Below, in pieces: positions 27,893-38,400 of a stretch of DNA of 64,000 nt. The DNA lies in assembly GCA_050084985.1 (NCBI GenBank), contig JBITNC010000002.1, forward strand, positions 21,390,001-21,454,000, read 5' to 3'. Both the position numbers and the translations under genes were made by a program. The notes under the pieces were generated by a model. That model was given only the letters and a program-made list of their open reading frames with translations. It was not told the DNA's origin and did no database searches. Origin of the DNA: Nageia nagi (lineage: Eukaryota; Plantae; Pinophyta). Positions within the stretch are counted from its first letter, which is position 1, and every line of letters begins with the position of its first letter.

Positions 27893-30800
27893 TTTTTATT
27901 AGTATCATAACGAGGGTTTTGAAAGGTCCCTTAACCTTGCATAATTCTCATAGATTTTGAATTAATCTCACTTCAAAAAAAATCTAGACTAAAAGAATAA
28001 AAATAGGGTATCAACAACATACATATTCCAAAACACATATGAAAATAAAATTAAAACCAGGAACAAGCTAACAACAATAATAGAGATATTAGGTCTTCTC
28101 AAAGATCATCTAGGAGAATAGCTCCCCTTTCCCCTTGGCGGATAAAGAAGGTGGCCTCAACATTATCTTCTCCTTTCCCTTATGGGGATGCTCCTCAAGC
28201 TCTCTTAGCATCTACTATGTATAGGAGAGAGAAGATCTCGTTGATTTAAACCAGATATGAAGAATATCCTTCCACTCCTTTAAACACAAGGGCCTACTTT
28301 TTTAGTATTTTCCTTCTAGCTTTGGGATCTTCAGGGCTAAGTTCCCCCCCCCCCAACGCAAGTTTCTTCTTCAAGGGAAGGGTAGGCTATAAGTCATAGT
28401 TATCCTCCACAATCTTCTCTCTCCCAAGAGGTGAATTACTTAGCCCTTTGAGAGGATCGAGTGGTGATACCCTAACTTCTTAAGGTAGTTCCCCTCTTCT
28501 CTCTTATCTTCATAAATTCATCCTCCGATAAGGGAATAACATAGGTCTCATCCTCATCCTATATTGGGTCTTCTTCTTCCAGTTGCTCCTCCCTTTACTC
28601 TTATGTGTCACATAGTCAAGCCCCAAAGATAATGTAGGCTTCTTGGTTGAGGTCACATAACTAAATAGACAATATAGCATGCCTTAGTGGTAAGGACCCA
28701 CCAACTTATCCTACTGCAATTCCACCATTGATTTTTGTATGGAATGAAATAAGCAATAGGGCATATTAATTTGCTTTTACACCTAAAAATGTTCATAAAG
28801 GTGAGGTGAAAACTCCTTACAATTGATTAGGTGGTCAATTCAAAGTCACATATTACATGATCACCATAATCATATTCTTCCATTTCAATGGGAAAGACTC
28901 TTGGTCTATATTCGCTTGCAACTTTTGGATATTATCATTTTTCCTCTTAAATAGTTGGAGTTCAATTGTCAAGGAATACTTCTCTCAAAGTAGTTTATCA
29001 TCCACTAAGGGGAATCCAGATTCACCTCGTCAATAAGCTCCTGGTTAATGACAAAGGAGACGCCTTCCTCCTCAACCTTCCCATCCTCCCACAAAAGGTC
29101 CAAGTGTAGGGCTAGATTCTCATCCACTCATTAGAACTAGAGATTGAGAAATTTTATCCAACCCTCCTTTTCTAGCATATACTCAGTCTAGAAACATCGA
29201 CCATAGTTATAGAGTGCAACAATAATAGGAAAAAAGAATGAGCTAAAAGACCCTCTTACCTCTCCGATTTGTGGCTCTCTTCCAATTTTAGTTAAGGTTT
29301 GTCCTTTTTTGGGTAAGCCACCAAATTTTCCTATATAGATAGAGTGAGTTTTTCAAAGACCATTATGTCATCGCTTTTATTATCTCTAAAATAATAGTTA
29401 TTTTGTTCCTTCAATATATTGCAACAAATTTGAGGAAGGTTGACTTTCCATAATTTTTGAAGTCTTTTGGACCAGAAGGGAGGGAGGGCATTATTCAAGA
29501 TAAAAATCAACAATTATTAGGGAGAACCCACACCATGCTAAAGGATTTCAACAATTTACTAAAAATATTATGAGTGAAAGGGCAATCCAGAAATAAATGT
29601 GTCACATCCTTCCAAGCATTTTCACAAAGATAGCAATGGTTGGGAATTTGAAATCCCCATTCAATCATATAAGCAATAGTAAGGATCTTGTTATGCACCA
29701 CTAGCCAAAAATAAAAATTAATATTTTGAATGAGAAATTTAAATCAAACATGTGAGACTAAGAGCTAACTTAGAAAGTCTAGTTCTAGGAGATCATATGT
29801 CAATTTGATAGAGAAAATACCTTTTCTATTCCAAACCCTAAATTAGTTTTATTTGCATGGTTTTCTAGTTTCAAAAACACATATTGTAAAGAGACATAAT
29901 TCTTACCAAACTTTTTTACCAAAGTCATTCAGTATAGGGATAGATAAATCTTTCCACCAGAGCACTCCATTTATCCACTACAAGAAATGAGAAATCTAAT
30001 TATGAAACCTAAGAGTAACCATTTGTTCAAGAGGAGCTACGAGATGGTTTGTACTAAGAGGAAGGGCCTTGATCCAATTATCCTTCCAAAAATCAATACT
30101 TTCACCATTCCCCAATCTCCATCTTTGAACTTTCTTTATATCAGCTTTTGCATGTTAAAGGTCATTCCAAAAGGAGAAACCCTTCACTAGATCTATAACA
30201 TCTAGAAAGTTACATATATCCCCCAAATATGCTTTTCCTAGTTTGGATAGTTGCCATCTCAATCCTCCTATTATTCCAAGTGAATATTTTCCCTCTAAGG
30301 TCAATGTCCATTAGTTCATTTGTTTGAACAAAATTATCTAGTTTTGTTATTCCACCAAACCCTTATCTTATTTGAAGAATATATAATAGCATTAAAATAT
30401 CCTGCCACCATCCATATTTCACCTTCAAATTCCTTCCTCATTTGTGTAAGAGAGTTTCATAGAGTTATTTTCCTAATTGAAGAATTAAGTCCTTACACAT
30501 TTGAAGCAAATTGTCTATCATGGAAAAGAATGTTAATTACATTTTGAGAAATGGATAAAAAAATTACAATCAACTTTATCTAAATCCCATAGGAAAGGAG
30601 TCCTCCAGATTTCCCTTAGGTTGGTGCATAAGCTTTGTGTGTATTTCTCCAAAATGCTCTATGAAACATATCAATATTCTATTCTAGAACCTTCATTTCT
30701 TGCAAAAAGATAATAATGAGCTTCATTTCCAATTTAAAATCAACTATGGCTCTATGCATGTGTCTTTAATTCAAACCTCTATACTTCTAGGTAATAATCT

Positions 30801-32390
30801 TCATTTATGCAAGTAATAAGTGAAAATTTTCCCCCTTGAGGGAAGAGATTATGTTGAAGAAGGGCTACCACCTTTATTTTTCAGACATCTTATGTTTCCC
30901 TTTTCCAAAGAATCTAGGGTAGCATAGAGGCCATTGGTTATATCTTATATCTTCATTTGCCACCTTTTTTCAAAGCTCGTGGTTAGAGACCCTTCCCAAG
31001 TTTTCCTCCACATCAATATCCAAAGATTTATTCTATCTCCTAGTTTAAGGGCCAATTGTTTGGATCAATAATGTTGGGTTAGAATTCTCATAGTGAACTC
31101 CAAGTAGTGTTCTGAAGTCTTGGCTCAACTAAACCCCAATTTTTCATAGGGCTATGTTTGTTTTCTTTTTGGATATTTGGACTCTGAAAGCTTTGTAAAC
31201 CTTGCTCTCCATTATTTACTACTTCAATCTGGTTCAAATTCTCAAAACTTTCCTTATTCATCATCGAGGAGAATCTTTTTACAAGTAAGTCCAAATTAAT
31301 CTTTTCCCAATTCTCCAAGATACCATCCTCCCCTATTGCTTCCCTCAATCCCAATCTCTCTCCCTTGTGTGTGGTTCCTACTCATAATCTCATATCCTTC
31401 CAATCTTTGGGCTTCTTGATGATTCGACACAAAAGTATCCTCACTCTCCTTTTGAGTTGATGATCCTTCATCAGGTAAAGGGTTCTCCATTACCTTCTTT
31501 GCATTTTTCACCACTCATTTCTTTACAAAAGATCTTTCTCGATGCTCTTCCCTAACTGGTTGTTTTCCTTTGTCAACCCCTTTCCTCATGTAATGGGAAA
31601 TCAAACCACATTCAAATCAAACACTAGGTTTATTTTCATATTCAATATGTTGAGTTCAGGTTCTTAGCTCTGACACCAACTAGCATCAAGGAGGAAGCTT
31701 CCAAGTCGACTTCTACACTAACACTTGCAAACACCATCCTTATTATATTGCGAATAGTTTTATCCATAGATATTGTAGAACCAATGTATCTTACAATACT
31801 CGTAATCACACCTTTGTCCTAAAGGTTAATCGGGAGAACTGGAAGCCTAATCTATAATGGAGTTGTAGTGATTTTCTGTTAATAAGGGTTGAAATATTTG
31901 TTCCACTTTTGCCAAAGAGCTAAGCGCCATTGGTGAGAATAATTTGCATATCCTTTTCATTGGACAATTGAATTAAAAAAAAAACTAGGAAAGGCTACTA
32001 GAGCTCCATAAACCCTTGGGATTTCCATCTACTTATCGCACATCAACAAAGGGAATCTAGGTTTGGGCAAGAGCCTGAGAGTTTTCCTACTAGGCCCCAC
32101 ATGCCATTCAACATGGTAGAAAGTAAAATATCCAACGTAATGAAGAGCTTACCTACAATTGGGAGAAAGGTCATAGGCATGGATTTAATTTACCAAAATA
32201 CTCTTCTTGACCACCTCCGCCAAGAACTCCCCCCTTGGATCGAATAGATATTTGTCTATGCCAAAAAGGATCCTTCTCAAAACTCCAAGGTCATCTTTAG
32301 GAAAGTCAAACCCTACCTTGATTATGGAACCTCTTATCATCTGCCATGTGACAAACTTAGAGTGCTCTTAACTATGTTTCCATTCCCGTT
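27893..32390 (-). mobile_element. Internally deleted L1-type LINE (ORF1, endonuclease, zf-RVT, extra 3' ORF, poly(A))
   Basis: DUF4283-like ORF1 remnant TPL*IRLPVLPINL*DKGVI (~31805-31865). Endonuclease IFLQEMK (~30690-30710) and WMVAGYFNAI (~30385-30415). RT largely absent. zf-RVT WLVVHNKILT..PNHCYLCE..THLFLDCPF (29507-29710) and ICCNILKEQN (29331-29513). 3' tail GGGACCTTTCAAAACCC..TAATAAAAAA ending ~27893. 5' boundary approximate. Confidence 0.75.
28089..29204 (-). pseudogene. Decayed accessory ORF resembling plant transposon (Transposase_32/PMD-like) proteins with acidic linker
   Basis: Fragments MLEKEGWIKF, VDENLALHLDLLWEDGKVEEEGVSFVINQELIDEV, WKNMIMVIM*YVTL, INMPYCLFHSIQKSM..GPYH*GMLYCLF, then acidic EEQLEEEDPI*DEDE; frameshifts and stops. 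Family call is from recalled motifs, not a search. Confidence 0.55.
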
Positions 32391-32505
32391 TTTCATTTAT
32401 CATGGCCCTTTTTTTATTTATATTAATATTTATTATAATCTTATAAACAATTAAATTTTCTAGCCAAATTAATGTTTTGATGAAATTTTATACTATTTTT
32501 TATAA

Positions 32506-33734
32506 GGGAAAATTATTAAAATGACCTTCATAATTTTAATTTTTACTAAAATAGCCCTTTAAAATTGTAAATTACAAAAATAGCCTTATGATCAAACATA
32601 TTTCATTGTCAATATTTTCCTTTATGGAACCAACATTTTCTAGCGACCTCATAATGTTTCAACTTTGAATGGTTGAGTGCAACCATTGTTGTCGTGGTAA
32701 ACCCACACTTCTTTAAAACTCTTCACCTGTAGCAAGGATACCGTTTAGGTGCTGCATTCAAATATTTATGAAGAACACTCTCTTGAAAACCACGATGTTC
32801 ACATTACAAACAAAGCATTTTATGAAGCAATCTCTCTGTGATTTCTTATCAAAATAATTTGTGCCTTCTGTTTATTCCCATATTTAACAAATATGTCTAG
32901 CAAACCATTAATGGCCACAATATTTGATGAAAGAATATTTTCAATTATGAATTGGTGGCAATCCATACCTTCTTCTAGAGCACTTATGATAGCTTCCGAC
33001 CCGCGCACCTCCTGCACGTAGCCTATGATCAATTATGATTTGATGGCAATCCATACCTTCTTCTGGAGCATCTACGATAGCTTCCAACCCACACACCTAT
33101 TGCACATAACCTATGATCACTATGTTGTATGAGACTATTTTGATGTGTTGCATCGACCTTTTGCATGCTCTCATATTTGGCATACATGTTTGACCATTTG
33201 TCACAACAACATCTAAGTGAACCATTTTCGGTTGTATCCTCCAAGCCTCTTCATGTCATCCATTTTGTGATTATCTTGCTATCATTGCATCCAATAAAAT
33301 TGGGTCTTTCCGTTGAATATTCACATAGCAATCATGCCTTTTGCATGACACTAAACGTAACATACATATCTAGAGAGCTAGTATAGGTTACAAAGTTTAT
33401 ACCTGACGATTGCATTTGCTAAAAAGTCTCTACAACCTTCTTAGAAAGTTTATTCTATATAGATATTACAAGCCTTGCACTCCTTAACACCATGTCCATG
33501 GTCTGTATCTTGTTAAGGCAATCTTGAAGAAGCTTGATCTTACCACCATAACGATGGTTGCACTCAATCATTCAAAGTCGGGGCATTTTGAGATGACTAG
33601 AAAGCTTGGGTTTGTAGGAAGGAAAATATTGATAGGTGAAATACTTTTGATCGCAAGGTTATTTTTGTAATTTACATTTTTAGAGGGTCATTTCAATAAA
33701 TATTAAAATTGTGAGTCATTTTAGTAAGTTTCCT
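32506..33734. mobile_element. Pack-MULE (Mutator-like, ~195-bp TIRs, 9-bp TSD) carrying PPR fragments
   Basis: Left TIR GGGAAAATTATTAAAATGAC..TTTGAATGGTTGAGTGCAACCAT..TGGTAA (32506-32700) mirrors right TIR TTACCA..ATGGTTGCACTCAATCATTCAAAG..GTCATTTTAGTAAGTTTCCT (33540-33734); TSD TTTTTATAA at 32497-32505 and 33735-33743. Confidence 0.85.
32820..33540 (-). pseudogene. Captured PLS-class pentatricopeptide-repeat (PPR) gene fragments
   Basis: VETF*QMQSSGI, MYAKYESMQK, MIIGYVQE..SEAI, SALEEGMDCHQFIIENILSSNIVAINGLLDIFVKYGNKQKA resemble P/L/S motifs (MIAGYAQ..EAL; ALEEG..IH; NALIDMYAKCG.I.KA); frameshifted. Confidence 0.8.
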
Positions 33735-34482
33735 TTTTTATAATGATTTTATAAAGAATTAAACTTTTTAAGCTAAAATATTGTTCTAAAAAAATTAAAA
33801 AATATGGATGCAATCAATGATTGTGATTAAAATTAAAAAGTATTATATTGATATCTACATAAATAAATTCAAATTATAAAGCAAATAATGGTTTTAATTA
33901 GAAAATTAAATAAAGATCTATGAATAAATTAATAAGGCAATAAATAAATTTAAGATGTTATTTTGCACTTAAAATATAAACATAAATTTTATAAATGATA
34001 AAATGTTAAATAAATTTTATTAATAATAAAACTTCATTGTTAAAACGTTTCCTTTGGATATATAATTTTGTTTATCATTATACAATAACAAAACTTAGTA
34101 ACTTACGAATCTAAATATTATTGTTTCAAAACTTGATATTTTGTAATCTCCGCAACATACATTCATAAAAACATAGAAATAAGAATAATAAATAAAGAAC
34201 AATAAATGCAAAATAAAACTTTTTTTTGTATTATTTATTTGTTCCTAAAATTATTACCATCCTCGTACAAAAACAAGAGTTTTGCTAGTACAGGGTAGAA
34301 AGATTCCATAAAACTCATTATAAGAGAGAAGCCCACAAAATGGAAGAATAAAATTTGATATAAATTGTACTCAAAAGTTCAGTAAGGATCAGAAAATACT
34401 TCATTTGACTTTCGAGGCAATATGTTATTATAGAAAATGAAATAATCTCAACACATGTTATTATAGAAAATGACATTAATTA

Positions 34483-34972
34483 GGAGTTGTCTAGCTAAAA
34501 AAAATTTCGTCTCTTGATTATCTGATACGTCTGACACACTAATGCATTTTGTAATTGATCATTTTTTTTTCGTATTTTATACAAGTAGATTTGTGAAATT
34601 ATTTTTGCATATTAGTTTCTTGAAATGCACAAATAGATTAATTTTGTGAATATACAAAAAATAGGCTGAAAAAAACCCAAATCCTAAAAACGCAAATTTG
34701 CTAAAGGATCCAAAATGTTGTTTCAAAGATTCAAACCTAGGTTACTTGGTTCAAAGTGCAACGTCCTAACCACTACACCAGCATTCCGTTCAGCAGCATA
34801 CCTTTCATTTTTTTTATTTAACTCATACTTGACAGATTCACAAAACTATTTTTCCATATTAATTTCACGAATATGTATCAAATACCAAAAAAAAATGTCA
34901 AGAAAAATTTCTCAACTTATCAGAATCTTTCAGATAATCAGAAGACAAAAAGTTTCCTAGCTAGACAATTCT
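34483..34972. mobile_element. Fold-back MITE (~190-bp inverted arms) with a tRNA-like core
   Basis: GGAGTTGTCTAGCTAAAAAAAATTTCGTCTCTTGATTATCTGA at left mirrors TCAGATAATCAGAAGACAAAAAGTTTCCTAGCTAGACAATTCT at right; further matches inward (TTTGTGAAATTA/TAATTTCACGAA); degenerate 9-bp TSD CATTAATTA/ACTAAATTA (6/9). Confidence 0.7.
34716..34787 (-). pseudogene. tRNA-Gln(UUG)-like sequence, non-functional
   Basis: GGAATGCTGGTGTAGTGGTTAGGACGTTGCACTTTGAACCAAGTAACCTAGGTTTGAATCTTTGAAACAA: A box TGGTGTAGTGG, anticodon loop CTTTGAA, B box GGTTTGAATC; acceptor stem does not pair. Confidence 0.7.
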
Positions 34973-35418
34973 ACTAAATTATACAGCACCAAAAACACAT
35001 CGACTAAACACAAACATATTTACTAAAAGCCTAAAACAAATTTCATTGTGCATCAGCAAATTGATTTAAAACATTGAATGTTTATTGAAATAAATTTTAT
35101 TGTGCATCTTTAGAAACATTTAAGCTCATGTCATTTCTAAAATAATAATTTCATCATCTCATGCAAAGTCAAATTATACATGGCTGGCATCGTTATTACA
35201 TAACAAGAACCTGAGCTTTTCTTACAACGCCAAGGAATGAAAATCTTCGTGTCAATATGCTACCCTCAATTCAATTGTTCCCAACTACATTGATTTTTCT
35301 TCCTTCCGAAGACGCAGCATCTGTCCATTTCCATCGAAAGACATGTTTGTTTCCAGCCTCTATACATTTTTTATTTTTCACTAGACCTCGTCTTCCTTTG
35401 GCCATCAACTATCATCTT

Positions 35419-38400
35419 TCATCTTATTTCTTGCTTCAAATGTAGATTTGAGCTGTCCAGACCAACAGTCTGCATTGAGAATATTAATTTCAAATAAGTA
35501 TAGACTTCGGGTTTAAGATTTCAAATACATTAAAATATTATAGCGAATTATGTAAGTTTTAGCAAAGAGAAAAGAACTAGTAATTTGACAGAAATTTCAA
35601 TCCCATAATGTATATCTGATCCATCAAAAACTACATCCAATACAAATATCCCATACAAAATTTCCTCCTCCAGTCAAAATGATACAATGTACACAAAAAT
35701 GGTTGGAAATGAGCTCAAAATTTTCCTCTCCAGTCAAAATGATGCAATGTACACAAGAATGGTTGGAAATGAGCTCAAACCTGGTGCTGCATTGGAAGTA
35801 TTGAATCTGCAAGATCCTCATTTATCTTAACGGGAAGAGGCGGCATTTGACTCAATATTCCAGGTGTATCTTTCATTCTGCGAAAAAGAGAGTTAATTCT
35901 TTTAGTTACTTAGAATAGTTAAGTCTGTACTTTGATGCATGAAATAGCAGTGAAGCAATAAACCCTCGTGATCCAAGGTCTGAGGATACAGGCAGAAGTG
36001 GCTAACATTTTAGCAATGTAGATAGTGTATAGCTTTTGTTGCAGTCCAAGCTTCAATATGTATATTAGACAAAACAAGAAGGTTCTTGCAGTTGTCTAGT
36101 GTATACCAACTTTAATTAAGAACTGAATGACAGGGCGATCAATGGGAAAGATACGCGCAAAGTTATTCTTTTAATCATTTGCTTTCTTTCAGTTAAAACT
36201 ATGATTTTTTTTAAAACTACTTACTCGTTCAAAATTGTAACAATGTTGTCTCGCGTAAGACAAAAGAGGCTGATGTTCTCCCGTATCTGCTTCACAGGAA
36301 GAATACAAAATAATCATTTAGACAATAACGAACAACAAATAAAGAGCAGCAAACTAAATGCTTAAGTACTTTTATTTGGTAGCTTTCATTAGCAGTTTCT
36401 CAACCAAAATCTTTTGCAGCTAAAACATCATGATATTATTGTAAGACTCAATTTGAATCTTTGAGAATTCTCTTTCAATCTAGAACACTGAAAATAACCT
36501 CTCAAGCTGAAGTGTACGAGATTATCATACATGCTTAACCTTGTATGGCTTTTTATATCCAGCGAATTAAACATATGCAATAAATAAAATATTTCCAGCG
36601 AATTAAACACTAATGCCAAAAATGCTTCTATTGCAACCATATAAGATTGTGGAATGCATTATGTCAACATATTACATAAGATAGTGGCTGGAATCTTCTA
36701 GAATCTCCTCTCTTAAATGTGTGTATGTGTCTCTGACATGCATATGCGAGGAAAGATGACGTGTTTCCACACTTATAATGGCAATCACCAAAGCAGGTGA
36801 CAAACATGCGAGGATGATTCAAAAGATACAGAAACATGATATTGATATCAAAACAAAAAGCAGGTCACTTCCCCATGCAAGCCACCATACCCCACAGTAA
36901 GATCATAATTATCAAAAGAGTCAAAGATATGCTCAAGATTGTGTCCACGAGGAGAGAATGTACCTTTTACGCTGGAGGAACTCAAGAATGATATAATAAG
37001 TATTTGGGCACACTATAAATATCTACTTGTGAAATTATCACAGACTCTATCCTCGAAGGAGTTCCTATTCAAGATATGACTTCATATAGGGTGTAACTGC
37101 CACTTGGTTTTTTTGTTTTTGTGTGTTTCTAGTAGGCCTTTATGGGAAGAAAATATAACTTTTTGGTGTGGCTATATGATTATGATATACTTTCTTTTTA
37201 CCCAATTTATAGAACCACGCATGTTACAGCCTCAATCGTAGTATTAAAAAAGTCAAATATATTTCTTTTTCAATACAGCATTAATACATGATGTACTATC
37301 CACGCATGTTATAGCCTCAATCGTAGAATTAAAAAAGTCAAATATATTTCTTTTTCAATACAGCATTAATACATGATGTACTATCGGTCATTAACCAAGG
37401 TTGACAAGAGAAAGGAAGTGAGGAAATCATCCTTCATACCTAGGTAGTTCATATATCCTAAACATGGGTATATGAGAATATCAGGTACCTAAAAATAATT
37501 TTAAAAAAGGGCAATGACAGGATACTCAAGAGGCAGAGGAATCGGAAGTACATCTTTTCCCGAAAAGAAAAGGGACAACTTAGATCAGGAGAGAGGACTC
37601 TGCGAACAAGAATTATGATAGTAAATATAGATAGTAGCTATTTTATAGTGTTTTTCAGATTTGTTCTGATCATACATATTTTCTCTCAGATTTCTGAGTG
37701 TTCAGTTTGAATTTCTCTTCTAGGATGGTTAAGAAATATCTTCAAGGTTGCCAAGTTTTAGATCTGATAATAATTTTCAGTTATGGGTTTGATCACTTTA
37801 ATGACAAGGTAATTACTCAGTCATCTAGTTCTTGCTGATCCTGGACGTTTTCCTTTTGAGACAAGGCTGGGAGATAGCTGTCACTCATTCCCTCGCTCTC
37901 AAAAATGAGCTATTAAATTATTTCTTCCCCTATTCTATGGAAAAGGGGGAGATGCGTGATGTAGACTATTAAAGGAAGATTATTAGGCATCATAACTTAC
38001 TTGTTACTTCTCTAACTAGAAGAGAGAATCTGAATCAGCCATAGTATCTTTTTCCCTGTGTAATATTGAAAACTCACTTTGTAATGTGAAATTTTAATTA
38101 TCTTTCTTTTCAATTATTAAGCATATTTTAGTATATCACAGTTGCCTATGCATCCAACCCTAGATGACCCTTCGGTTGACAACCATAGGTTGGCATGTGC
38201 TTATAAAAGAGATAAGTATCATAAAAAATTACTATTGGGACAGAACGTTTTTTGTTAGTCACACAAGGAAGTACCCTCTAGGATTATCGTATAGATGGAG
38301 CCATATGTGAAGCATTGGAGGATATTGATGGCAAAAAACACAAATAGCACTGACCTTGAAGTGGATTCTCTACGAGAGGTCTGTGATCCTCATACTTCTT

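Noticed and set aside
32820-33244. Functional PPR gene
   Set aside because: Fragmented, frameshifted, internally deleted and enclosed by TIRs and a TSD.
34716-34787. Functional tRNA-Gln gene
   Set aside because: Acceptor and anticodon stems do not pair properly and it sits inside a MITE.
37448-38140. Solo LTR
   Set aside because: LTR-like composition and a ..TATATCACA end, but no convincing TG start or TSD.
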